From positions 71,021-135,020 of the forward strand of contig CAZJYC010000001.1 of the NCBI GenBank assembly GCA_964550165.1: DNA of 64,000 nt. The letters are read 5' to 3'. Within the stretch, counting starts at the first letter, position 1. Every line of letters begins with the position of its first letter. Shown here piece by piece: positions 25,699 to 34,860 of the stretch. The notes under the pieces are model-generated. The model did no database searches and was not told where the DNA came from. It saw nothing but the letters and a program-made list of their open reading frames with translations. This DNA is from an uncultured Eubacteriales bacterium (GTDB lineage Bacteria; Acidobacteriota; Aminicenantia; Aminicenantales; Aminicenantaceae). A program made the position numbers and the translations under genes.

Positions 25699-26250
25699 AT
25701 GAAAAGGTCTTTATTGTTCATCGTCTTAGGTTTTACCTTATTGAGTTTCGCTGTCTTTGCCACGGCAGTTTATGGCCAACCCGAGAGGAAAGCCGAAAAG
25801 GAGGTCGCCAAAGAGCGTTTTTCGCCGCCGAGAGGCTTTCTCAATCTCACGCCTGAACAGAAAGCAAAGCTGGAAGAATTCAGAAAAATGCGTCAAGAGG
25901 AGAGGCAAGAATTCCAAAAGAAAATGAGGCCGCTTCGCGACGAGCTTCACAAGTTGCTGCAGGATCCCAATTCCAGCCAGAAAGACATTGACTCTCTTAT
26001 TGATCAAATCGCAAAGCTTCAATCCAGCCATTTCAAAAGGGTTGTCCAGCAGAGGCGGGAGATGAGAAAGGTTTTTACCCCTGAACAGCTGGAAAAGCTG
26101 GATAAGCTGAAGAAGAGAATGGCAGATAGAAGAGGCCTTTTGCGGGAAAGATTCATGGACCGCAGAGGATTCTTCAGGCACGGTCCGCTCTTCTGGAGAC
26201 AATGGCATTTCAGAGGCGGACCCTTCATGGACCGCTGGCGCCGCTGGTAA
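25699..26250 (+). CDS. Periplasmic Spy/CpxP-family protein with LTXXQ motifs
   Basis: Signal peptide, then LNLTPEQKAKLEEF and FTPEQLEKLDKL motifs, in a helical, basic protein; start trimmed to MKRSLLF after an AGGAGG RBS. Confidence 0.6.
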   Translation: MKRSLLFIVLGFTLLSFAVFATAVYGQPERKAEKEVAKERFSPPRGFLNLTPEQKAKLEEFRKMRQEERQEFQKKMRPLRDELHKLLQDPNSSQKDIDSLIDQIAKLQSSHFKRVVQQRREMRKVFTPEQLEKLDKLKKRMADRRGLLRERFMDRRGFFRHGPLFWRQWHFRGGPFMDRWRRW

Positions 26251-26255
26251 GTAAG

Positions 26256-26450
26256 AAAAAGGGGACAGTCCCCTTTTTCTGTGAGCGAAGCCTTGAACCG
26301 AGCCGCTTTTGCTGATTAGTGGCTGGCCACAAATCAGAAGGGGGAAAGCGAAGATGTTCCTCCTCCGAGGTAACGATGGGGCAAAAGCGGCGTACTCTCG
26401 GGCCAATCTGCCGGAGCCTTCAATGGTCGCTTCGGCCATCTTTCTGAGGC
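26256..26450. repeat. Mosaic intergenic repeat, copy A. It carries the GGGGACAGTCCCC hairpin, a GAGCGAAGCCTTGAACCGAGCCGCTTTTG...CAAAAGCGGCGTAC module and a GGCCAATCTGCCGGAGCCTTCAATGGTCGC module.
   Basis: It shares long identical blocks with 44641-44815 and 48741-48900. Confidence 0.7.
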
Positions 26451-26578
26451 TCTTTCAAAATTGACTCAATAAGTTGTCAGCTGTCCTTTATTCAGGACAG
26501 GATTGACTCATCTTCTCTTCTCTGCTATGAAAAAAAGACTGGCATGTTTCTTGCTTTTCTTTTTTTGGAGAGAGAAAA

Positions 26579-28564
26579 ATGAGAAAGATTGTGTTGATTA
26601 TAGCGTTTTTTGCCTTTCTTGCTTCCTTGGCGTATGCCGAGGAGGGCTATTCCGGCTACAGCTTTGCCCGGTTGAGCTATATCAGGGGGGATATTTTTGT
26701 CCAGAGAGCTGAAGGTCTGGGCTATGAGGAAGGCGTGGTCAACTTGGCCATCGTTGAGGGCGATCGGATAGGAAGCCGGGAAGGCCGCGGAGAAATACAC
26801 TTTGGCCGCGGGAACTACCTCCGTCTCGACAGCGACACTCAGGTCGAATTCATCAACCTTCCCACAGAAGGGAATGATGGGATCAAGCTCCATCTTCTGG
26901 CTGGGAATATTTTTTTAAGAGTCAGCTTTTTAGAGATAGAAAAAAATTTCGAAATTCACTCCCCTGACGCCTCTTTCTATATCCTGGAAGAAGGCCTTTA
27001 CCGGGTCGGCATCAGGGAGAACAGAGAGACAGAACTTTTCGTTTTCGAAGGCGCAGCGGAGGCTGCCGGAGAAGGAGGCTCCCTTCTGGTCAAGAGCAAC
27101 GAGAAGCTAATCGCCTCTGACGGCCGGTTCCTGTCTGACCCTGTTTATTTTTATGCCAGCGATTTTGATGATTTTGCGGAGTGGAATCAGTCCCGTGATG
27201 CTCTGCACAGCCGGCCAGTCAGCAGAAATTACCTTCCTTCAGAGCTTGATGAATACGAATCCGAACTGGATGAATACGGCCGCTGGGTCTATGAATCCCC
27301 TTATGGCTATGTCTGGGTTCCCTATGTTTATCACCAGGACTGGAGGCCGTATTTTTACGGCAGGTGGATTTGGTATCCTGCCATCGGCTGGACATGGGTC
27401 TCCTACGAACCCTGGGGCTGGTGCGTTTACCACTACGGGAGATGGCACTGGAGGTTAGGCCTTGGCTGGTACTGGATTCCACACACCCTCTGGGGACCGG
27501 CATGGGTCCACTGGTACTGGGGATATGATTACATCGGCTGGTGCCCTTTAACCTATTACGGATACCCGGCTGTCATCATCAATAACTATTTTTACGCGCG
27601 GTATTATGGGCAGTCTTACCCCGCCAATTCTCGGGCCTTGGTTGTTGTCAGAAAGGACCAGCTGCAGTCAAGGACGATCTCGCGCGCAGCCTTGAGTCAG
27701 GATAGAATCACGCGAATCGGAAAGATTTCGTTGTCGGCCAAACAACCCGATGTCCGGCCTGTCGTCAGGAAAATCAGCCTGAGTGACACAACGGTGGCCA
27801 GGGCGCTTTCAAAGTCGCAATTGCGGCCAGTGAACAGGGATTATGGCTCAGAACAGGGACTTTCCCAGCTGAAATCGTCGTCGCTCAAGAGGTCTCCCAG
27901 CAGCGCCCGAAGCTCTTCCTCCAAAGAGAGGAGCGTGCCCAGGCGGATGGAAAGCATTTCCCGGTCAAGCCTCTCTTCTCGAACTCCTGCCCAATACCCA
28001 TCCGAATCTTCGCCGGGGAACTCCCGCCTTTCCGGGGGCAGTTTGTCCCGTGCGAACCGAAGCGAAAGCTCGGCCCTGAAAACCTTTCCATCGAGACTGG
28101 CTCCTTCCCTTTCCCGCTCAACTCCCAGTTCCTCGGCCACAAGAGAGCAGAGTCCTTTGTCCTCCAGTCGGGTCAAAGAGCGCTCCGGATCCAATTCTTT
28201 GCGCAATTTTTCCTCTCCATCAAAGGAAAACTCCTACACTCCAAGTTCATCCCGAACTTCGCCTTCCAGGTTCCCCTCGCTGAGAACGAAGCAGAGCACC
28301 TCTTCGTTCAGTTCCACGAGGCCGAGTTCTCCTAAAGCCAGTTCCTCTCTCAGTCGCTCCACAGAAAGAAGTTCATTTTCTTCTTCTCGAACTTATTCCT
28401 CGCCTTCAAGGTCCGTCTCGGTTCCAAAGAATAGGAGTTCTTCAAGTAAAATAGGCTCATCCTCAATCTCCAGAGGTTCGTCTGCTCCGTCTGGGGTGAG
28501 CCGCTCTTCCGGCCACAGCTCTTCTTCGCGTTCTGTCTCTGGTAAAAGTATTAAAAAGAAATAG
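26579..28564 (+). CDS. Secreted FecR-domain protein with a Trp/Tyr/Gly-rich central segment and a C-terminal Ser/Arg-rich low-complexity tail of about 300 aa
   Basis: Signal peptide, then a FecR-like region (RLSYIRGDIFVQ...LRLDSDTQVEF). A Trp-rich block WIWYPAIGWTWVSYEPWGWCVYHYGRWHWRLGLGWYWIPHTLWGPAWVHWYWGYDY follows. The second half is almost entirely S/R/P/T. Confidence 0.6.
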   Translation: MRKIVLIIAFFAFLASLAYAEEGYSGYSFARLSYIRGDIFVQRAEGLGYEEGVVNLAIVEGDRIGSREGRGEIHFGRGNYLRLDSDTQVEFINLPTEGNDGIKLHLLAGNIFLRVSFLEIEKNFEIHSPDASFYILEEGLYRVGIRENRETELFVFEGAAEAAGEGGSLLVKSNEKLIASDGRFLSDPVYFYASDFDDFAEWNQSRDALHSRPVSRNYLPSELDEYESELDEYGRWVYESPYGYVWVPYVYHQDWRPYFYGRWIWYPAIGWTWVSYEPWGWCVYHYGRWHWRLGLGWYWIPHTLWGPAWVHWYWGYDYIGWCPLTYYGYPAVIINNYFYARYYGQSYPANSRALVVVRKDQLQSRTISRAALSQDRITRIGKISLSAKQPDVRPVVRKISLSDTTVARALSKSQLRPVNRDYGSEQGLSQLKSSSLKRSPSSARSSSSKERSVPRRMESISRSSLSSRTPAQYPSESSPGNSRLSGGSLSRANRSESSALKTFPSRLAPSLSRSTPSSSATREQSPLSSSRVKERSGSNSLRNFSSPSKENSYTPSSSRTSPSRFPSLRTKQSTSSFSSTRPSSPKASSSLSRSTERSSFSSSRTYSSPSRSVSVPKNRSSSSKIGSSSISRGSSAPSGVSRSSGHSSSSRSVSGKSIKKK

Positions 28565-28827
28565 ATAGAGCCTCTTGGAAATCCTCAAACACTGTCTGTT
28601 TCAAAAGGCGGGCAGGCCTAATTTAAATCTCTAGCGTGTCTTATCTCAGAAAAGATGTGTGTTTATTAAAAGCATTTTCGAACCGTTTAGCCGGAGCTAT
28701 TTTCTTCTTTACTTTTATTTTTTTCAGTGGTATAAAATATTTTCAACCAAAATCGAGGAGAGGCAACTTTCACCGCCCCAATTAAATTAAATTTTCATCC
28801 AAGGATTAAAGTTTGGAGGTAAACGTT

Positions 28828-29631
28828 ATGGCTCATAGGGTATGGATTTCAAAAGAACGAAAGACTAAGGCCGGGAGGATCATTCAGGTTTTGGGATTGA
28901 GTCTTTTTGTGTTTTTATTGGTGGCTGGAGGAGTTATCGGCTGCAAGAAAAAAGCTGTGGAAGAAGCAGGGCTTCCAGAGGCAAAAGGCCAGGTCATCAG
29001 AGAAGGGCTCAACGATTTTGAAGGCACAGTAAAGGTGGCTTTAGGAAAGTATCTTTATCTGCCGGAAGCTCAGGGTTTTGATATCATTGTTCAGGGGAAA
29101 GTCAATTCAGGTGACGCGAGCGCATTGGCTGGAAAAGAAATAAGAGGCAAAGGAGTGTTTTCCTCAGATCTGCCATCCATTTTGGTAGCAGAAAACATCG
29201 AGGCTAAGGAGCCAAACAGAGGGTGGGTGAGTGTTTTCACCAGAACAGAAGAGGTTGTCCTTGACGACTATCTGGATTTGAGAGCAAGAGAAGAATTCCA
29301 GGCTTTGAAGAACATATATTATGACAGAAAGGAAACCTGGGAAGGAAAAGGAAAAGCAAAGATCTATGGCAAGCTGGAGAGGGAGACAGTCGGGCAGGGA
29401 GACCAGCAGAAAGAAATCAACAGGATAGTTATTTTGGATGAGGAAAACAAACAGGTTGGCAAGGTCATTGTTGACCACCTCACCGATTTTGCCAAATATT
29501 ATCTGCAAAAGTTGAAAATCTTCGATAACCTCTGGTTTTATTTTGAAATAAAGGACACCGTGGAGTGGCGAACAAGGCGTGTGACGGATGAGCTCTTCCA
29601 CGCCGATGTCCTCTACTGCGGGCTTTTCTGA
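28828..29631 (+). CDS. Hypothetical lipoprotein
   Basis: Start trimmed to MAHRVW after a GGAGGT RBS; signal peptide with lipobox-like IGC. Confidence 0.45.
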   Translation: MAHRVWISKERKTKAGRIIQVLGLSLFVFLLVAGGVIGCKKKAVEEAGLPEAKGQVIREGLNDFEGTVKVALGKYLYLPEAQGFDIIVQGKVNSGDASALAGKEIRGKGVFSSDLPSILVAENIEAKEPNRGWVSVFTRTEEVVLDDYLDLRAREEFQALKNIYYDRKETWEGKGKAKIYGKLERETVGQGDQQKEINRIVILDEENKQVGKVIVDHLTDFAKYYLQKLKIFDNLWFYFEIKDTVEWRTRRVTDELFHADVLYCGLF

Positions 29632-29707
29632 TTTTATCAACCTGGGCCACAATAATAAAAATTTTAATTTGCACTCATCTTCTGAGCTGCAAGGGAGGTT
29701 TCGTGAG

Positions 29708-30127
29708 ATGAAGGAAGAATTGATAAAGGTTTTAGTCCTGGGTTTTGTCCTTGTTCTTTCTTTTTCTTTTTCTCCGGGCTTAAGCCAGGAAACTCCGGAT
29801 TTAAGGAAAATTATGGGAGCCTGGGATATAGAAGTGGATGCGGATGGAGAGTATTACTATCTTTCCATGAGTATTGAAAAATCGGAAGAAGGGCTGAAAG
29901 GAACGATCAGTGAATCGACAGGGGCTTTCAGCGATGTGCCTCTCTCAAATATCGAGTACGATGGGCAGACGTTGAAATTTACTTTCAATTCGCCCACTCC
30001 TCCGGATGGCATTGAACGGCTGGTGAAAGCAGAGTTCAAGGTCGGTGATAATAAACTCGAAGGCCTTCTGACTGTCGAGGATTTAGAGGCTACGGCAACA
30101 GCCACTGCAACAAGAAAAGCCAAATAA
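29708..30127 (+). CDS. Small secreted hypothetical protein
   Basis: Start trimmed to MKEELIK after a GGGAGG RBS; signal peptide; ends with an ATATATRKAK tail. Confidence 0.4.
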   Translation: MKEELIKVLVLGFVLVLSFSFSPGLSQETPDLRKIMGAWDIEVDADGEYYYLSMSIEKSEEGLKGTISESTGAFSDVPLSNIEYDGQTLKFTFNSPTPPDGIERLVKAEFKVGDNKLEGLLTVEDLEATATATATRKAK

Positions 30128-30412
30128 TACTGATACAAACGCAATAATAAAATTTTCAGAAATTCTTCTCCCGATCAGGATGCCTGAGGTGGAAGTCCGT
30201 GGCATCTTCTAAAGTCTTGGCGACTCTCAGGGCTTTGGCTTCTTCAAAAAGATTTCCGATCTCATTTCCTCTTAGCGCGAAAGGTTTCTTCTTACGTTGC
30301 TCAGCATCATTTTTCTTTACCTTTATTTTTTCTCAAGCTTTCCACCGCCTTTCCCACATATTTATCTTTTTTCACAAAGCACAAAACACAGCTCAAGAAG
30401 TTAAACTCAGAA

Positions 30413-32296
30413 TCAGCGGAGTATTTCGATCAACAGGCTCAGCTCTTCGACCATCTTCTCCGTATTCCCTGAGAAACCCACGCTTTCAAAGCGAATCTTT
30501 CCTTTTTTGTCGATGACAAACTTGGTCGGAATGCCTTCCACCTTGTAAGCGGCGATAACTTTATTTTCGGTGTCGAGGAGGACATGGAAGGGATAGTTGT
30601 TTTTGGTGATGAAATCCAAGGCGTTCTTTTTCCAGTCTTCCACTCTTTCCCAGGAATTGACGAAGAGAAACTCGACCGTTGTGTCGGGCTTGAATTTTTC
30701 AACAGCTATTTTCATTCCTGGAAATGCCGCCAGGCAGGGACCGCACCATGTGGCCCAGAAATCAAGGATGACAGTTTTGCCCTTTAATGATGAGAGCGAC
30801 ACAGATTTGCCATCTAAATCAACAAGAACGAAATCCGGTGCGGGCCTCAGAATCATTTTTTTCTTCAATTCAGCCTTCAGCTTTTCTCTGGCTTCCTCTT
30901 CCAATTCCTTAAGTCTCTGCTCTGCCTCTTCCACGCTTCCTTTGGCCTGGAGGCAGGCATGCTTGTAGATGTCCTTCATTTTGGCTGTCGCTTCTCCTGC
31001 TCTTATGAATTTTTCCAGCTCGGCTGCGGCTTTTTCGGCAGAGCCGCTTTTGACCAGAGCTTCTGCGTAGCGTTCGTTGATTTCAGCACTCTTTTCATGG
31101 GTGAGCTGGACAGCCTCTTCCAGGGCAGGAAGGGCTCCGGCTTTGTTGAGCTTGAGAAGAATGAAGCCGTAGGTATCGAGGGCCATGCCGAGAGAAAAAC
31201 CAAGATTTTCCTGCCATTCCTTTTCGGTCCAAGCCGGAGGTTTTTCTGTGGGCGGCTTTAGCCTTTCTTCTCGGGCAAGGTCCACGGCTTTTTTGGCGAT
31301 TTCTTCGGCCAGCTCTAAGTTGATGTTTTTTTGAGCCATATCCCAGGCAATGTTGTTGCAGATGCTTGAGTTCACTTCGGGGCACTTGCCTAAGTATTCC
31401 TTGACTTTGTTGTAATCGCCCCGTTGCTGGTAGGCCAGCAGGATATAAGTATTCCACGTGGAGAGCCGTGGACTTCCAGGAAACTCTTTTTTGAATTTCT
31501 CCAGAAGGGCAAGCTTTTTATCGATATCCTTTGTCTGGTAAAATTCCATAAACCTTTCTGATTGGAAAAAGTCCCCCTTCGGATCTTTTTTGCGGATGAT
31601 TTCAGCATAGTGTTCAGCGGCTTCGGGTTCGCTGATCCTTTTGTAGAGATTGACCATCATCGCCAGCTCTTCCAGGGATAAATCTTCTTTTTTTCCCAGC
31701 TCTTCCAGTTCCTTGACGATGGTCTCGTTCCCTTCCTGAGTTCTCAGGCTGGCCAGGAGGGTTAGATAGGAGCTCAGGTAGTCTCTTTTGATTTCGGGAT
31801 GGAGCTTGAAGTCCTCATCAAATTTAGCGAGAGTCAGTTCTTTATCGAAGTCCAGCCCAGCAGAGTATCTCCCCCAAGAAGAACAGGCTTCTGCCAGCCC
31901 GGCCAACCCTCCGGGAACCGGCTTTCCGTCTTCTCCATAAAGAGTGATGGTATAACCCTGCTTATCATTGTTGTCGGCCTCGCTATCAGCCAGGAATTTG
32001 ATGATAACGCCCCGCGTGGTTATGTTTGTGGTAAAGGAAGCTGTCCAGACATTTTTCGTTTTTTCCATCGAAAATTCTTTGGCCTCAGGCACTCCCTTGC
32101 TGTAGAGGTAAACAACACAATCAATTTTCGAAGCCTCTTCCAGAGATCTTCCCGCAGGATTGTAACGAAGAGTGATTTCGCTCCCCGGAGTCGGTTTTTC
32201 CGGGGAATAGGAAAATCTTTCTCCTGATCCCTTTTGAGCACAGAAGCCGGATAGCAGAAGGCCGGCAAAAAGAAAAATTAACGGGCTTCTTTTCAT
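30413..32296 (-). CDS. Lipoprotein with TPR-like helical repeats and a C-terminal TlpA/ResA-type thioredoxin domain
   Basis: Lipobox LSGFC; redoxin motif WATWCGPC near the C-terminus; 627 aa. Confidence 0.65.
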   Translation of the reverse strand: MKRSPLIFLFAGLLLSGFCAQKGSGERFSYSPEKPTPGSEITLRYNPAGRSLEEASKIDCVVYLYSKGVPEAKEFSMEKTKNVWTASFTTNITTRGVIIKFLADSEADNNDKQGYTITLYGEDGKPVPGGLAGLAEACSSWGRYSAGLDFDKELTLAKFDEDFKLHPEIKRDYLSSYLTLLASLRTQEGNETIVKELEELGKKEDLSLEELAMMVNLYKRISEPEAAEHYAEIIRKKDPKGDFFQSERFMEFYQTKDIDKKLALLEKFKKEFPGSPRLSTWNTYILLAYQQRGDYNKVKEYLGKCPEVNSSICNNIAWDMAQKNINLELAEEIAKKAVDLAREERLKPPTEKPPAWTEKEWQENLGFSLGMALDTYGFILLKLNKAGALPALEEAVQLTHEKSAEINERYAEALVKSGSAEKAAAELEKFIRAGEATAKMKDIYKHACLQAKGSVEEAEQRLKELEEEAREKLKAELKKKMILRPAPDFVLVDLDGKSVSLSSLKGKTVILDFWATWCGPCLAAFPGMKIAVEKFKPDTTVEFLFVNSWERVEDWKKNALDFITKNNYPFHVLLDTENKVIAAYKVEGIPTKFVIDKKGKIRFESVGFSGNTEKMVEELSLLIEILR

Positions 32297-32383
32297 CGTG
32301 TTTCCCTCCTTTTTGAAATTTTCTCTATACTGAGGAATTGTCAGTCACTGACAACTTGCTCCATTCCTGTCTGAAGTCACTCA

Positions 32384-33718
32384 TCAAGTCGCTTTCGCTT
32401 CCGAATCCCCTCTCTCCAGGCCGCTGCCCTCATGCCTGTCCGCTTTTTTGAGAAGGAAGGCAAAGACCAAGCCAAAAAGGCCCAGGCTGGCAAACATGAC
32501 CATGCTGCTCGTGTAGGTCTTGGTAAGGTCTCGGAGCAATCCGTTGAGAAGCGGGAAGAGGCCAAGGCCTATGTTCTGAATGGCTGTCATCAACCCAAAG
32601 GCCGTTCCGACCCGCTCCTTGCGCACCACCAGCGGAACAGAAGGCCACATCGCGGCCGGAACCAGAACAAAGGCCGCTCCCAGGGCGATCATCGGATAGG
32701 CAGGATAAATTCTGGTCAGGCCCATGAGCAAGTGACTGGGAATCATGATCATGGAGCCAATGATCATCAGAGTGGCCCGTTTCCCGACCTTGTCCACCAA
32801 ACGTCCGGCAAAGGGAGCGAGAATCATGGAGGCGAAGATGATAATGGAGGAAATTCCTCCGGCCGTGCTGAACATATGGAGGAAATTGTTGAAAACGAGG
32901 TAGAGGAATCCGCCCGTCGCTTCAGCCACGCGGGCAACGCCCCATTTGTCCACGAAGAAGTCCGTGGAGAGGGCGGTGAAGGGGAATATGGCGGAATAGA
33001 AGGTGACACAGAGCAGGGTGATGAACCAGAAGGTCGGCTTGAACTCTTTGATATCCTTGAGGACAATCTTCTCTCCAGCACTCTCATCTTTCAGTTTAAG
33101 GGCATGCTCGCCGCGGCGGTCCATGAGGATGTAGGCGATATTTGCCACAAGCGAGACGACACAGAAAAGCACAGCCCCAAACAGGGCATAGCGGTAGCTG
33201 CCAAACTGGCTGGTGATCAACTCGCCGGTGTTGAAAGCAAACAGCGTGCCCAGGCGGCTCACAGTCAGGGCGATCCCGAAAGAAAGGGCAAGCTCTTTCC
33301 CTTTGAACCAGCGGGCGAGGATGGCGCTCTGGGCAACGATCAGCGGTTCAGAGCCAGCGCCAAAAATGAAACGGCCGGCAAAAAAAACAGGAAGGCTTTT
33401 GGCCAGACAGACTACGACAGCGCCGGAAAGAACAAGAAGCGAGAAGATGAGGCTGGCCTTTCGGGTTCCCAAGCGGTCGATGAGAAACCCCCCGATGAAG
33501 ACCGAGAGGACCGCGGCGATGCTGTACATGGTGTAGAAAGTGCCCACGGTTCCCCGGGCAGCGCGCAATTCTTCCACCAGGGTGGGTGCAATCGCACCAA
33601 CGATGTCGTAGGCGAAATAGCTGCCGAAGCTGAGAAAAGAAGCAAAGATCAAAACTGTGAAGCGATACAGCGCTCTGGATGGATGGAAGATTCCAACAGC
33701 CTCTTTTGGAAGGGTCAT
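32384..33718 (-). CDS. MFS transporter
   Basis: 444 aa with 12 predicted TM helices and the MFS loop motif GGFLIDRLGTRK. Confidence 0.7.
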   Translation of the reverse strand: MTLPKEAVGIFHPSRALYRFTVLIFASFLSFGSYFAYDIVGAIAPTLVEELRAARGTVGTFYTMYSIAAVLSVFIGGFLIDRLGTRKASLIFSLLVLSGAVVVCLAKSLPVFFAGRFIFGAGSEPLIVAQSAILARWFKGKELALSFGIALTVSRLGTLFAFNTGELITSQFGSYRYALFGAVLFCVVSLVANIAYILMDRRGEHALKLKDESAGEKIVLKDIKEFKPTFWFITLLCVTFYSAIFPFTALSTDFFVDKWGVARVAEATGGFLYLVFNNFLHMFSTAGGISSIIIFASMILAPFAGRLVDKVGKRATLMIIGSMIMIPSHLLMGLTRIYPAYPMIALGAAFVLVPAAMWPSVPLVVRKERVGTAFGLMTAIQNIGLGLFPLLNGLLRDLTKTYTSSMVMFASLGLFGLVFAFLLKKADRHEGSGLERGDSEAKAT

Positions 33719-33829
33719 TTTGGATGGCTTATATCACAGGAAAATAATGAAAGTCAATTTCAGAAGGTTGAGTTGAATGTTTTTTTCTGCTATAAAATGC
33801 TTTTCATCTTTCGAGAGAGATTGCGTTCC

Positions 33830-34435
33830 ATGATTCGTTGGGTGATATCCGACCTGGGCAAGGTCATCATTTTTTTTGACAACGATATTTTTTTCAAAAA
33901 AATGGCGAATGTCTCTCCTTTTTCCAAAGAGGAGATCGCAAGATTAACAAGAGCGCATTTCTATCTCGTTGAAGGCTTCGATAAAGGGCAAATCAATCCC
34001 GAGGAATTTTACCGCGAAGTCACAAAAGCACTCCAAGCCCGCATCGATTTTGAGACCTTTTACAAAATCTATGTTGATGTCTTTTCCCTCAATCCTCCTG
34101 TCTTGGAGATCATGAGGAAATTGAAAAAACGCTACAGGCTCAGCTTGCTTTCCAACACCGATGTCATGCGCTTTGGCTTTATCAAGAGAAAGTTTCCTGA
34201 GATCATGATTTTTGACGAATACATTCTCTCCTACGAAGTTGGAGCGATGAAACCTGATCCTCAAATCTACGAATTTGCCTTGGAAAAGGCCAGGGCTAAG
34301 GCCGAAGAATGTGTATTCATCGATGATATCGAAGAGAACGTCGAAGCAGCCCAAAAGCTGGGAATTCGTGGAATCCTCATGGAGCCCCAGACCAATCTGG
34401 AAAACATCCTCCAAGCCCTGGGTCTTGCATTTTAA
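33830..34435 (+). CDS. HAD-superfamily hydrolase, subfamily IA
   Basis: Motif I VISDLGKVI; motif II LLSNTD; motif IV FIDDIEENV. It is the 3' portion of the listed 32432-34435 ORF; the remainder of that ORF is antisense to the MFS gene. Confidence 0.65.
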   Translation: MIRWVISDLGKVIIFFDNDIFFKKMANVSPFSKEEIARLTRAHFYLVEGFDKGQINPEEFYREVTKALQARIDFETFYKIYVDVFSLNPPVLEIMRKLKKRYRLSLLSNTDVMRFGFIKRKFPEIMIFDEYILSYEVGAMKPDPQIYEFALEKARAKAEECVFIDDIEENVEAAQKLGIRGILMEPQTNLENILQALGLAF

Positions 34436-34684
34436 GCAGACTTCTAACCAGAAGATATTTTCACATAGACCTTCCTGTCAATAATTCTCATTTTTCACCT
34501 CAAGTTTTAAATTAGCACAGAAGAGCGGAATTCGATCCCACTCTGACTTTTCCTTGCTGGAGTCGATTTTAGCAAAAAATGGGTAGCAAAAAACGCATGC
34601 AATTCATTGAAAACAAGGAAGAAAAAAATTTTTCGAAAAAGTACTTGACACGTAAAAAAATTGGGTATAAATTTTCAGATGCTT

Positions 34685-34700
34685 ATACAACATTTTGTAT
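34685..34700. promoter_or_regulatory. Candidate NrdR-box-like palindrome ATACAACATTTTGTAT in the nrdD leader
   Basis: Matches the pattern acaCwAtATaTwGtgt at 12 of 16 positions, about 160 bp upstream of nrdD. A clear second box was not found. Confidence 0.3.
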
Positions 34701-34744
34701 TTTCAATCACGATATTATACAAAATATGGCATTATTGTTGATTC

Positions 34745-34800
34745 CTTTCTTCGGCTCTACCAGGGAAAAGCACCTCTCGAACGAAGGTCCCTTCCCTGGT
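34745..34800 (+). promoter_or_regulatory. Long perfect hairpin in the nrdD 5' leader
   Basis: TCTACCAGGGAA, about 22 nt of loop, then TTCCCTGGTAGA; a 12-bp stem. Confidence 0.5.
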
Positions 34801-34860
34801 AGAGAATGAGAAAAAGAGAGCTTTTGATTCATTTTATATAGAAGGGAAAGGAGGACTTCG

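Noticed and set aside
25738-26439. 233-aa minus-strand ORF, plus similar ORFs at 44478-44852 and 48560-48965, sharing peptide stretches (AIEGSGRLAR.YAAFAP...)
   Set aside because: The shared stretches fall inside the mosaic intergenic repeat copies. Reading frames are not preserved across copies. The first one is also antisense to the Spy-like gene.
30199-30516. 105-aa plus-strand ORF in the convergent intergenic region after 30127
   Set aside because: It runs into the 3' end of the minus-strand redoxin lipoprotein gene, is low-complexity Ser/Phe-rich, and has no RBS.
32432-33829. 5' two-thirds of the listed 667-aa plus-strand ORF 32432-34435
   Set aside because: This part is antisense to the MFS transporter and translates to Gly/Asp/His/Arg-rich low-complexity sequence. 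Only the last about 200 aa, from 33830, form a genuine HAD hydrolase. The long ORF is an in-frame read-through artefact.
34579-34809. 76-aa ORF in the nrdD leader
   Set aside because: It spans the NrdR-box-like palindrome and the leader hairpin and has no RBS. The region is better explained as regulatory RNA or DNA.
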